In this document: positions 25,001-35,195 of the stretch, in pieces | Numbering within the stretch: position 1 is the first letter of the stretch | Layout: the number at the start of each line of letters is the position of its first letter | NCBI GenBank assembly: GCA_963575745.1 | Contig: CAUYUJ010000137.1 | Location: 124,001 to 188,000 of the forward strand | DNA length: 64,000 bases | Origin: Prorocentrum cordatum | Lineage: Eukaryota | Direction of reading: 5' to 3' | The notes under the pieces: generated by a model | Told to the model about the DNA's origin: nothing | What the model saw: the letters and a program-made list of their open reading frames with translations, nothing else | The model's database searches: none | Made by a program: the position numbers and the translations under genes

Positions 25001-27706
25001 TGAATGTGCGAGCGTTTCATGGATTGACTGTGTGTGAACGTCGGCAATATGATGTCGACGGCGATGATAATGATAACGATGATGACGCAGTCCGTGATGA
25101 TGCTGAAGATGGTGATGACGATGGTGATGGTGATGATGGAAAACGATGCGATTCAAGTTAATTATGGTAATGATGATGTTGATTATGATGGTTATGATGT
25201 TCTTGTGGATGATGATGGTGATGATGATGGTGTTGATGACCATGGCGCGGGTGTGAAAACTGGATACGAATGGCGGATGAGGCGATATTTCGTGCGGGAC
25301 TACCCCGAGAAAGCGGACATCCCACTTAGGATGTGGGGGTGGGAGAATCCCCCATCTTCGGAGATTTGGCTCCGACCCTGACACATGACCTTGCAAAACA
25401 AACTATCGCAGAAAATCATGACCGCAGCCTTGGGCCCCTTTCATTGGGCGCCATTTTCTGGCCAGATCGATACGTGAGGGCCAATGCGCCCGTCGAGAAA
25501 AAAACGCATGGGCACAAATTGCCAAGCAGACCCCCCCCCCTCCCCCAAGGAGCCGCAACGGTTCTAAAATGGGAAAATATCCAACACGTTGCTTTCATCA
25601 AGCTGGACCGCGGGAAATCATCGTGGAACGCCCGCGCGCCATCGATTGGGTGACGCCGCCTGCCCCTGCCACTGAATCGCGCCAGGCGCGCCGCGGAGGC
25701 GCGACCAGCGCGGCCCCCGAGCCGGGCCGCCACGTGACCGCTATGGAACTCATTGCCGCGCTGACGTCCCGCCACGCGGTCATTGGGCAGAACGCGCGCG
25801 CGAATGTGGACGAGCGCAGCCGTCGAAACGCAGACGGAATCGGCGCGCGCGCAGCCGTCGAACCGCTAGGTGCTGCCCCGGCCGCGCGGCCGATAGCATG
25901 CGCTGGAGAAACACCTCCCAAGCTGATATATGATGAAACGCGCTGGCGCGGGACCGACGGACCACAAGAAAGGGCCACTTTGGAGACCCCGCACGAAGCA
26001 AAAGCGCTCGAGCGCGAACGCCGCGCGGGGAATTGGCGGGACGCCGGAGGCGGTTGGATCTCGTGCCCGCGCAAGTCGAACAAACTCCGCTTCAAGGGAG
26101 CGGCGCTCGCGGGGCCCACCGTGGGCGCGGGGGTCGCTGGCGCAGACTCTGCCGCAACCGCGTCGAAGCCCCGGCGCTCTCCCTTGGGGGCCGCGGCGCG
26201 CGGCTGCGCTGGTGGCGGAGAAGAGGGGCCTGACGGCGAACGTCGGCTTCGAAGCCTCAACGGCCGGCCGCGGGGGCGGCGGCGCAATCGCGAACCTGCC
26301 GCGCGAGTCAGCGCAGCCCGCCGCGAGGACATCCTCTCCAACCGAGCGGGAGTCCCCGGGGGGAACCCCTCGCCCCCTCCCCACCCCCCCGCCGCCTCCC
26401 CGCGGCCCCCTGCTCCTCTTCCCCGTTTGGCTACGATTTTGAAAATTGTTGGTGGCCCCGATTTGCCTATTCGTTTGTCCTCCCTTCCGCGGATGCGCAT
26501 TTTTTTGACCGCGATTTTCTCACGATAAAATCAATGAGGAAAAATCGTGTTCAAAATCGTGGGTGGTTTCGTGGGGCCCTGCAAGGGGGCGCGGAATCGT
26601 GGGCGCAGAATCGCGGGTTTGCCCGGTGCGCCGGCATGCCAAGCTGGCGTGCCCGCGCAACATCAGCGACGGTAAAGAAAAAAGAAATGGAAGGAGCGGC
26701 AGCAGCAGCAGGGGGCCAGCAGCAGCACTGGGAACAGGAAAGACTGGGAACCAGCAGCAGGAGAGGAGGAGAGACAGAGTCGTCGAAATTGGCCCGCCGG
26801 GTCGTGGCGTGCCCCATAGCACGCTGGACATGCTTCTCGGAGGAAACTCGCCGGCCCAACGGGCCAAAGGCGTGCAAAGATCTCCGGCGACTGCCTCGCA
26901 ATAGTTCTACTTCGCGTGCGCGGGGCGACCCAGGGGGGCACGCGGACGCAAAGTGCCCCGGCCAGGTCGGGCCACAGATGGTTGCTTCTGGGCGCGGCTT
27001 TCAGGCGCCCCAAATCGATCCAAAAGGGCCCCAAGAGGCGCCCGAGACGGTCCAAGAGGGCTCCGAGTCGTCGAACGATCGGTCCGCGACACCCACGATG
27101 GCTTCCAGACGGCCCACGACGCGCACAACACCCCCGAAGAGGCCACCGCGAGCTGAAACGATACCTGAAAACGAGATTCTGAACTTCAAAGGAAAACGGA
27201 AGCAGAGAGACGAGGCGGAAACAGACCGGGGGCGACACCGCCCGCATGACGCGTCGAACCGAGATTGCGCGCAAGCCGCGCGCCGAATGCCCAACATCGG
27301 AGCGGGTCGGCGACGAAACAACTCCTGAACAAAGAAAAAAACTCGGCAATCCAATATTTTTGCATTCGGAAAAAAACACGAAATCGTTACATCAATCCGC
27401 GTGGGGTACGCAGCTTCATGAAAAAAAACCAGGAGGCTTCCTGGGGAGCTTCTTGGGGCCTCCTGGCATCCCGGAACCGCCTCGGGGCGTCCTGTGGCTT
27501 GGGCCTCCCGGGGGGGAGAAGGAGGAGGAGGAGGAGGAGGAGGAGGAGGAGGAGGAGGAGGAGGACGAGGAGGAGGAGGAGGAGGAGGAGGAGGAGGAGG
27601 GCGAGGAGGATGATGATGATGATGATGATGATGACAAGCCCTGAGGTCAGGGTTCGGCCGCCTGGCCGGCCTCCTCAGACGAGGAGCACGTACTGGCCGA
27701 CGGGCC

Positions 27707-30700
27707 TCACGACCTCTGCGCCAGCGCGACGAGCTGCTTGAAAGCCGCAGCCCTGGCTACCGCGCCGTCCCTCGACTCCTCGGAGTCGGCACTGGCCCGC
27801 TCCGCCCGCGGCGACGCAGCAGCAGTGGCAGCTTCGACGCCGTGCTCGAGGCCGCCGAGGGAGGCGCGGCGGCCGCCGTCCAGCGCGGCCACGCGGCCGC
27901 CGAGGCCGCCACCTTGCCCACGTCCTTGCCCTCGTACGCTCGGTGCGGCCCGAGGATCCCAGGGCCCTGGCCAACCGCCGAGGGCGGGGACTCTTTCCCA
28001 GGCAGGCCCGTGGCGCAGAGGGGGGTACGTGGCACACGGCCTGCACACCGCCCCCGCTGCTGCTGCCTCGGCGCCGCGCCCGCTGCCCTCGAGCTCGGCC
28101 GAGGCAATGGCGCCGTCGCGCTCGTCCAGGCTGGGTGCGACTGCGCCAGGGGCCTGCTGGCCACGCGCGCCAGCCGCCGCCAGGAGGCGGGCGACGCGCT
28201 CGGCGAAACCCAGCGGGCCCAGTGCCGTCGCGGCGCGGCCGTCCCGCGCGCCCGACACGCCACCGGCCGCGGCCGAGCCGCTCGCCACCCCCGCAGCAGC
28301 CTCCTCGGCGTCGTGCGCGGTGTCGTCCAGCGCGCCCACGGGGTCGACGTCCAGCGCGTCCGAGCCGTCGGCGCCCGCCGAAAGGCAGTCCGCCGCCCCC
28401 GCAGCTGCAGCCTCCGCGTCGTGCTCCGCGTCGCCCAGCGCGCCCTTGGTATCGACGCCCAGCGCGTCCGAGCCGTCGACGACCGCCAGCGATCTGCCCG
28501 CCTCTCCAGCATCAGCCGCCTCAGCGCCGAAGCCCAGCGCGCCCAGGAGGCCGTCGTCCAGCGTGCCCGAGCTGCCGAGGCCCATCGCTAGGCCGAGCGC
28601 CTCCGCAGCAGCTGCAGCCTCGGCGTCGTGCTCGTCGTCGCCCAGCGCGCCCTCGACCGCGACGTCCAGCGCGGCTGAGCCGTCGAAGGAGTCCTTCTCC
28701 AGGCCGAGCGCCTCCGAGGCTGCTATCTCCTGAGTGTCGTGCTCGTCGTCGCCCAGCGCGCCCACGCACTGTGCGTCCAGCGCGCCCGAGCCGTCGAAAG
28801 CCGCCGCCGAGCCGCGCATCGCCCCCGCGCCAGCAGCCCCAGCAGCGGCATACTCCGCGACGTGCGCCACGCTGTCCGCCGCGGCCGAGGAGATTACGCA
28901 CTGCGTGGTCTTGCGGCGCGGTCCCGTGCTGGCGGCGGCACTGGGCTTCCCAGCAGCAGCAGCTCCTTGGGCTCCCCTGAGTCGTGCCCCAGCACGCCTA
29001 TCCCTTCGAGCTCCGCGAACTTCCGCCTGCTGGAAATCTCCTCTGGCCGTCGCGTGTCCGAACATGGTCTTCCTCCCTTCCTGCTCGTCACACCAGGACT
29101 GTGCCCTTTCACGCACTCGTTGGTGAAGTGCAGCCATTCTGCTCTCAAAACCTGCCTCAGGCACTGCCCCGTCCGTGCCACTGAGGATGTCAACCTTCGT
29201 GAAAGTGGTGTGAACCTCGCTTGTCGCCTCCAGCCGTCGAAGAGGGGTGGCGCTGTCGATGAACTTCTTCAGCTTCTTGAAGGGACCGAAGCCACGCCTC
29301 AGGTTGTGGAGGACCTCGAGGCCCTTGGTAGTGGCGACTGCGAAGGGCTGTCGCAACTTGGCCTTGCGCCGCTGCAGCGCCCAAGCCCCACACTTGACAC
29401 AGATGAACACTGGCCTGTAGGTGTCCTGCCCGTCGCTCTCCAAGGTGCCCTTCTGGTTGACCGCGACCAGCTTGTGGCCATTGGGGTTGCGCCGATGGTC
29501 CAGCAGGAAAGCGGGCGTCCCAGGGCGCCCCGTGAGGGGGAGCGGTTGCCCAGGCATGTGCAACTGTAAGCAGGTGATGCATTGCGCGCCCAGCTCGCCA
29601 TCTTGCCATTGGTGCCATGTTGCCTTCCTTGTGCTCGCTGCTCGCCGCCAGGTCGGTGCCCTCCTGGTCCACCTGATTTGGTCGTCCTTGTCGAAGATGG
29701 GCATGACGTGGGCGATAAGCTTCGCTAACTGGGAAATTCTGTCTACGCCCTTCTGCATCTCCTCGACTACGTGCAGCTCGGGGGCGGGGTGGATCGCCGC
29801 TGCCTCCTTGGCCCTGAGGTCCGCTACAATGTTCGCGTCCGTTATCCTCCTCTGGCTGTCGGAGAGCGCTGCGTACTCGTCCCCAGAGCGGTGCGCTTTG
29901 ACGTGGGCGTACTGCTGCGCGTGCGCGAAGCCGTTGAGCGACTGCGCGAAGTGGGCGATGCACGCATAGGGGGTCCTGGCCTTCAGCTGCAGCTCTTTCT
30001 GCTTGTTGCCCAGATGGATGACGCCCTTGAAGTCGGCGTGGACGGTGCATGGTCGGTCTGCAACCTGAGACACGAAAGCTGCCGCTAGATGCTCTCCGAC
30101 GGCAGACTCTTGGGGTAAGGATGCGGGTACTGCTCCGTGCATGGTCGCCAGCGGCATGTCTGAGCGGGGGTCCAGCAGGGCGATGCTCCATCCTGCTCGC
30201 TGGAATTCCTTGATGGGCGGCTTGGTGCACGATCCGTCAGTAGCGACCTCCATACTAGCATCGTCATCCCTGAGGAAACAGGCTGCCAACTGCTCAGGCT
30301 CCTGACATACTTCATCTGGTACTGGGACTCCTTGGCCGTCAAGTATGACGCTGGTAGTGCCCAAACTCATTGTCGGAACATCAGCACACGCATATCCAAA
30401 CATACCCTCAATAAAACCAGGCTCATCTGCATGCATGCGTAGCCCGTCGAGGAAATGTTGTGGGACCTCTGCATCAGCTCGAGCTTGCTGAACTTCAGGT
30501 CTTGTGCAATCAAGAAGTCGGTGCACCAGCGAGTCGGGAGCTCCACAGGGACACCTACCATCTGTGTTGTATCCACGCTGTTGGGCTCTCATCCTTGTCC
30601 AGACTCCACTGCACGCTGCATTCATGATGCAGAACTTCTGGTGCGCCGTGTACCGTTTGCTGCGCATGGAGACCAGGGGGGCTAGGATGTCGAAAGTGGC

Positions 30701-33700
30701 ACGCTTGCCCTCACCAAGGCCAATCTTGCCCGCTAGGTCTCGCTCATGCTGACATTGAACGCCTTGCTGCAACATCTGGAGCATTAAGCTTGGGGTGAGC
30801 TGCTCCACAAATACCTGATCCCCTCGATGGTTACGCCACCTCAGTGCCGAGGTTGCTGTCCAGCCTGCCCGCGCCAGCGAGAGGGCAGCTCGTTGGAGAG
30901 GCCCACGGGTAGCTCCCCACGAGCTGCATACCCCAGGTACTTCCACCGCTCTTCGCCACCACGTTGTAAGTAGTGCCAGAGGTACTGGTGCCTGAGTAGG
31001 TTGCGATACTGCCATCCAGACCATCCGCGACCACTGCAGCACTGGCGCCATCGCAATCGCCACTGTGGGGTCGCCCAGTAGCACCACCTTGGCCGAGGCC
31101 GAGACACCCCCATGACAGGGTTTGCGGAACTTGTCGAAGTCTGTTCGCAGCTTGTGGAGCTCCCCGTCGGTGAGGCCCGTGATCTCCACGCCGAAGGTGG
31201 CCGCAGGTCGAGCTCCAGCTCGGAATATCTTGGCCGTGCGCTGCGTCTGCTGTCCTGGTAGTCGATGTCTGAATCGCCCCAGCTTGCGCAGCCTCTGCTT
31301 GTAGATCTTGTGGCGTGCCTGCTGCTTGGCGCGGAGGAGCTTCCCTCGCCTCCTCCGTGCTCCCGCGAAGTCAGTGCCCAGGTATGTCGCCCGACTGCGA
31401 TTCATGTCAGCAGGGAGTTGCAGCTGCCGCACCACTTCCTTCCCAATATCATTTGAGCTGGCCACCACAGCAAGCTTATCATTAATACGGGCGCCGAGCT
31501 TCTTAGCCACATTGAAAAAGGCATTGCCCGCCTCGACCGCCTGCAGGATGACACTCTCCTTGGTGGCTCCATTGATACCGAGGGAGGTGTCGTCAATGTA
31601 GGACGCGAACCTTACCAGCGGGTGGAGCGTGACGTAGATATCGTACTGCTCGATGGCGTGCGCCTTTATGACCACGTCTGCGTAGCCATCGCCTGCTGGG
31701 AGGCCGAACTTTGCATGCCGTGGCTGCGCGCCGTGATGCTGGTGGAGACGTATCAATCGTGGTCCTCTCCACTGGTTGTACACAATTTTTACCATCGCCA
31801 AGGGCATTCCAAGCCTCAGCAGCTTGTCCCTTGCTTCGTCCAGGGGAATCAGCTCGTAGTACTTGCTGTAGTCAGCAATGATGGTGACCGTGTGCCGCCC
31901 TGCCTCTGCATTCTGCTCCGCATCCGCTGCCAGGATCCAGGCACTGTCGACCGCGCTCCTGTTCTTGGCAGCCGCCCAATAGGGCCTTCGCAGGGCCTCT
32001 TGCAGAGGTAGGAGGGCAGGTTTACGTAGTCGTTGCCAGACTCTGTAGGCCATGGAGTATAGGATGATCAAAAGGTGGCCTCCAGCGGCCTTGGGCAGCA
32101 TCGGCATCACCATCCACGTCAGCTGGGCAGGGAAGAGGCCCAGCGCCTCGCAGGCCAGCATGATGTCGCACAGGCCCTCCAACGCGTCATCGCTGAGGTG
32201 CTCTAAGTGCGTGGGGTGGAGGCCGTCCAGGCTGCTGGAGGTCTTGATGCTGAAGGTACGGGAGGCGCGCCGAAGTTCCTCTGGTGATGGCCGTGCGAGG
32301 GTAGACCTATCAGGAATCCACGCCTGGGGAGGCTCCTTGACCGCCTTCCACAGCGCTGCGTGCGTATCCTCCATATCCTTGACTACAAAGTGCGGGTGCC
32401 CTGTGATGCCGTTCTCCGAGTCGTTAACCGTGGTGGGGGCCTGAATTGCTTGCACACGAGTGACCTTGTGGAGCTTCCCCGCTCCGCCCGCACAGGCCCC
32501 GTCGCACCATTCTCTCCAGCGCCTCGAAGATTCCTTGTTCGCTAGCTGCATGGCAAAGTTAACATCCTCGTCGATCTCCTCCGAGAAGGTCATGATGTCC
32601 TCACTGCTGAAATTCCTCTGCACAATCTGCCGAGCATGCCGAACTGATGCGTCGAGCCTCGCGCTTAGGTTCTGCCCACAGTAGTCTACACTGAGGAAGC
32701 CTTGCAGCTCGTTGTCGAGAAACTGTCGGCCCTCGGGTGTCCTGGCGTTCGCCTTTGCGGTGATGAGGCCCGCCAGGCAGTCCTGCAGCCACTTCCATCC
32801 ATCCGCGACCGCCTGTACCTCATCCTCCGTGAGGACCTGGTGCTCACGCTCGACCCACTTGGCTTGGAGCGGACGCGCGTAGGCGCTGGCTCGCGTCTCC
32901 GTACCAGTGAGGTGCCCGAGCCTCGAGGCTGCCCTGGTCGCCCATCTGCCCCAAGCCTTCGAGAGGAAACGCCAGGCGACTGCAGCAGGCGCCTCCTTGG
33001 CCATGCTCAGCGCCTGCTCAGCGAAGCTGCGCTCCAGGGACCAGCTGCTCTCCTCGAGGAAAGGCCCGTGCACAATCTGCGCTGGTATCTTCGCACCGCC
33101 TACGTAGGTGAGGTACCTGAGCTTGGTGCCCTCCGCTGTCAGTTGAAGCTGAACTGGTCGATGCGGCTTTACCGACCAGGTCAAGTCTGCGTTGCATGCA
33201 GCTAGCATGCGCATGGCTCCCGTGGTCAGCCCGAAGTAGTCGATGGTTGACAACGACGCCGCTGTCCTGCAGGTCGCGTGCCTCGGGGTGACCATCTCCA
33301 GCTGCGCGTGCACGGGGAAGCCGGAGTTCTTGACCACCTGCACGTCCATGTTCCAGTCACCGCCGATGATGCCAGGGTGCGCCTGGCCCGCAAGCGCGAG
33401 CCCCACCGTCATGAGTATACTTGCGTTGCGGCTGCTCATGCCCTCCCCTGTGTGGAGGTACACGTTGACGACGTTGAGCGGCGGCCAGTTCGGCAGCTCC
33501 ACGACGACGTGTTGAGCCCTGCCTCGGACGAGCTCGGTGCCGTGCGCAATGGTCTCGTTGACGCTGCCTGCACGTCTGGGCGGGGCCTCGCCAGGGTAAG
33601 TGGGCCCGCGCAGCCCGATCCCCTCCCTGGCGAAGACTGCCAGGCCTGCGGAGGGGAGGTACCCTCGTGAGGGCAGCCCTGGCACGATGAGGCTTTGCCA

Positions 33701-34087
33701 GCCGCGCGCCGTCGCCCAAGAAGAGAGGCTCTCGCAGTCATCGATGCCGTATCCTATCTCCTGAGCCATGATGACCATTGCTGTTGACCTTCTCAGCCGC
33801 TTCTGGAGGGTTAGCTTTCCCTGGTTGGCGTTGAAGGTCTCGAAGGTGTGCGTGATGGTGACCGCTGCTGGTACGTGTAGCTGCTTGGCGCCCGCGCTGG
33901 CATCCAGTAGCCCGCTGACCAGGGGCGGGTTACCCAGGCATCGTGCCTGTGCCCAGGGAGCCTCCAGTAGTCCTGCGGTGCTTGCTGTGCTGGACCTGCG
34001 TGAAGGCGTCGTCCAGCTTCTCCTTGGTCCAGTCCGTAGGCTGCTGTCCGCTGCTGAGGAGCTGCTGCCAGAGGGCGCCGACGTCAT
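27707..34087 (-). CDS. LINE ORF2 polyprotein: APE endonuclease, reverse transcriptase, CCHC finger, RNase H, Cys/His fingers, acidic repeat extension (start codon uncertain)
   Basis: APE motifs TFNAN, MAQE, AGLAVF, NVYL, GGDWN, TIDY, PHRPV (~33850-33140). RT motifs SLDG, MLPK, DYSKYYE, GLPAG, YIDD (31589-31600), YLG (~32300-31370). CPC..H..C finger (~30554-30504). RNase H ATDGS / GEH / HAD / HVKAH / NIVADLRAK (~30250-29795). CITC and CVKC fingers. No stop codon in frame. Confidence 0.93.
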   Translation of the reverse strand: MTSAPSGSSSSAADSSLRTGPRRSWTTPSRRSSTASTAGLLEAPWAQARCLGNPPLVSGLLDASAGAKQLHVPAAVTITHTFETFNANQGKLTLQKRLRRSTAMVIMAQEIGYGIDDCESLSSWATARGWQSLIVPGLPSRGYLPSAGLAVFAREGIGLRGPTYPGEAPPRRAGSVNETIAHGTELVRGRAQHVVVELPNWPPLNVVNVYLHTGEGMSSRNASILMTVGLALAGQAHPGIIGGDWNMDVQVVKNSGFPVHAQLEMVTPRHATCRTAASLSTIDYFGLTTGAMRMLAACNADLTWSVKPHRPVQLQLTAEGTKLRYLTYVGGAKIPAQIVHGPFLEESSWSLERSFAEQALSMAKEAPAAVAWRFLSKAWGRWATRAASRLGHLTGTETRASAYARPLQAKWVEREHQVLTEDEVQAVADGWKWLQDCLAGLITAKANARTPEGRQFLDNELQGFLSVDYCGQNLSARLDASVRHARQIVQRNFSSEDIMTFSEEIDEDVNFAMQLANKESSRRWREWCDGACAGGAGKLHKVTRVQAIQAPTTVNDSENGITGHPHFVVKDMEDTHAALWKAVKEPPQAWIPDRSTLARPSPEELRRASRTFSIKTSSSLDGLHPTHLEHLSDDALEGLCDIMLACEALGLFPAQLTWMVMPMLPKAAGGHLLIILYSMAYRVWQRLRKPALLPLQEALRRPYWAAAKNRSAVDSAWILAADAEQNAEAGRHTVTIIADYSKYYELIPLDEARDKLLRLGMPLAMVKIVYNQWRGPRLIRLHQHHGAQPRHAKFGLPAGDGYADVVIKAHAIEQYDIYVTLHPLVRFASYIDDTSLGINGATKESVILQAVEAGNAFFNVAKKLGARINDKLAVVASSNDIGKEVVRQLQLPADMNRSRATYLGTDFAGARRRRGKLLRAKQQARHKIYKQRLRKLGRFRHRLPGQQTQRTAKIFRAGARPAATFGVEITGLTDGELHKLRTDFDKFRKPCHGGVSASAKVVLLGDPTVAIAMAPVLQWSRMVWMAVSQPTQAPVPLALLTTWWRRAVEVPGVCSSWGATRGPLQRAALSLARAGWTATSALRWRNHRGDQVFVEQLTPSLMLQMLQQGVQCQHERDLAGKIGLGEGKRATFDILAPLVSMRSKRYTAHQKFCIMNAACSGVWTRMRAQQRGYNTDGRCPCGAPDSLVHRLLDCTRPEVQQARADAEVPQHFLDGLRMHADEPGFIEGMFGYACADVPTMSLGTTSVILDGQGVPVPDEVCQEPEQLAACFLRDDDASMEVATDGSCTKPPIKEFQRAGWSIALLDPRSDMPLATMHGAVPASLPQESAVGEHLAAAFVSQVADRPCTVHADFKGVIHLGNKQKELQLKARTPYACIAHFAQSLNGFAHAQQYAHVKAHRSGDEYAALSDSQRRITDANIVADLRAKEAAAIHPAPELHVVEEMQKGVDRISQLAKLIAHVMPIFDKDDQIRWTRRAPTWRRAASTRKATWHQWQDGELGAQCITCLQLHMPGQPLPLTGRPGTPAFLLDHRRNPNGHKLVAVNQKGTLESDGQDTYRPVFICVKCGAWALQRRKAKLRQPFAVATTKGLEVLHNLRRGFGPFKKLKKFIDSATPLRRLEATSEVHTTFTKVDILSGTDGAVPEAGFESRMAALHQRVRERAQSWCDEQEGRKTMFGHATARGDFQQAEVRGARRDRRAGARLRGAQGAAAAGKPSAAASTGPRRKTTQCVISSAAADSVAHVAEYAAAGAAGAGAMRGSAAAFDGSGALDAQCVGALGDDEHDTQEIAASEALGLEKDSFDGSAALDVAVEGALGDDEHDAEAAAAAEALGLAMGLGSSGTLDDGLLGALGFGAEAADAGEAGRSLAVVDGSDALGVDTKGALGDAEHDAEAAAAGAADCLSAGADGSDALDVDPVGALDDTAHDAEEAAAGVASGSAAAGGVSGARDGRAATALGPLGFAERVARLLAAAGARGQQAPGAVAPSLDERDGAIASAELEGSGRGAEAAAAGAVCRPCATYPPLRHGPAWERVPALGGWPGPWDPRAAPSVRGQGRGQGGGLGGRVAALDGGRRASLGGLEHGVEAATAAASPRAERASADSEESRDGAVARAAAFKQLVALAQRS
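28290..28798 (-). repeat. Five in-frame coding repeats of 33-37 aa (DGSxALDVxxxGALGDDEHDAEAAAA) in the ORF2 C-terminal extension
   Basis: Visible in the translation. Length differences between units preserve the frame, and third positions are GC-rich. Confidence 0.8.
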
Positions 34088-35195
34088 CCTTGGCCAGCTC
34101 CACCCAGGCGGCTCCGCGCTTATCGCCTCCTCGAGGCTGTGCGTCGCCGTCGGCGTCTCCGTCGTCCATGTCATCGTCATCCCGAGCTGGCGGTCCGTCT
34201 GCTGCGCCTGCGCCACCGCCCTCAGCATGAGGAGCATGAACACCAGGTTCCTCAGCCATGACCGTAGCCAGCTTCTCCGCCGCCTGCTTGCGGAGGGCCG
34301 CCTGGATCTTGCCGAAGTGGGGGCTCGCCTTGAACTGCTCGAGGGCCTCCTTCGCGCCATCGTCGTCGAGCTGCTCGGCGAGGTCGAAGCCAACCAGGTC
34401 TTCCTCCTTGATGACTGGGTGGGGCTTCTCACCACGTGCAGCCTGCATGGTTTGCTCGTGCTTCGCATTCTCCTTGCGCAGGACCTCCACCTCAGCCTGT
34501 TTAGCCGCAGTGGCCTCCTGCTTATCCTGGATCTTGCGCTGGGTAGCCTCCAGCTGCGCCTCCAGGCCCTGCAGGTCGCTTGTGAAGCGGTCCAGCTGCT
34601 GCATGCACCGCGCGAGCTTCTGGGACGAGGCCTTGTAAGCAGCGCCTGGGGGGCGCAATTCACGCGCCTGCTGCCGAAGGACGTCGAGGGCCCGCTGGTG
34701 CAGGAGGTGAATTGGGCCGCCCTCTGCCTCCACGATCTTGCATTCCTTGAGGCTCTTCTCGTGGAAGTTGATCTTCGCCTGGAGCTCCGTGCGCTGCTGG
34801 ATGTTGCCCTGCACGTGCTGCGCCTGCTCCTTGCAACCGGCGCCTGCTCCTGATGACGCTGGTGCCGTAGGCGATGGGGGCCCCTTGGTGCTGCCCGCGT
34901 GCTGGGAGATGCACTGCTGCACCAGCTCGCGGATCTTCTTCTCCGTGAGGCCGCTCTCCTTGGACCACGGGGCAGGCTTCCGCACGAGCCCTGTGCCTCC
35001 TGCTCTCTGCGAGGGCTTCTTGTTCCGCGCCTCCTGGTCCGCCTTCTTGGCAGCGTCGATGACCTTCTGAGAAGCCTGCCGCCCGCAGGAGCACACGATG
35101 CGGCAGGCCCAGTTGTTGTCCTTCCCACACTGGCATCCCCAGACAGGCTCTCGGGGGCCACGCAGCACTCTCGCCTGCGGCGGTGCAGGCGCCAT
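33930..35195 (-). CDS. LINE ORF1 protein (~421 aa): N-terminal RanBP2-like C4 zinc finger, central coiled coil, acidic C-terminal linker
   Basis: ATG at 35195 (MAPAPPQ...). Motif WGCQCGKDNNWACRIVCSCG. Heptad-like stretch LDRFTSDLQGLEAQLEATQRKIQDKQEATAAKQAEVEVLRKENAK. TAA at 33930-33932. Lies directly upstream of the pol ORF. Confidence 0.85.
   Translation of the reverse strand: MAPAPPQARVLRGPREPVWGCQCGKDNNWACRIVCSCGRQASQKVIDAAKKADQEARNKKPSQRAGGTGLVRKPAPWSKESGLTEKKIRELVQQCISQHAGSTKGPPSPTAPASSGAGAGCKEQAQHVQGNIQQRTELQAKINFHEKSLKECKIVEAEGGPIHLLHQRALDVLRQQARELRPPGAAYKASSQKLARCMQQLDRFTSDLQGLEAQLEATQRKIQDKQEATAAKQAEVEVLRKENAKHEQTMQAARGEKPHPVIKEEDLVGFDLAEQLDDDGAKEALEQFKASPHFGKIQAALRKQAAEKLATVMAEEPGVHAPHAEGGGAGAADGPPARDDDDMDDGDADGDAQPRGGDKRGAAWVELAKDDVGALWQQLLSSGQQPTDWTKEKLDDAFTQVQHSKHRRTTGGSLGTGTMPG

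Noticed and set aside
25404..26527. Possible 1.1-kb TIR element (TATCGCAGAAAATC / GATTTTCTCACGATA)
   Set aside because: The inverted match is short and imperfect, with no TSD and no second copy in the window.
27738..35070. Long plus-strand ORFs antisense to the LINE (e.g. 27738-28733, 33768-34853)
   Set aside because: These are shadows of GC3-rich coding on the minus strand and have no independent motifs.
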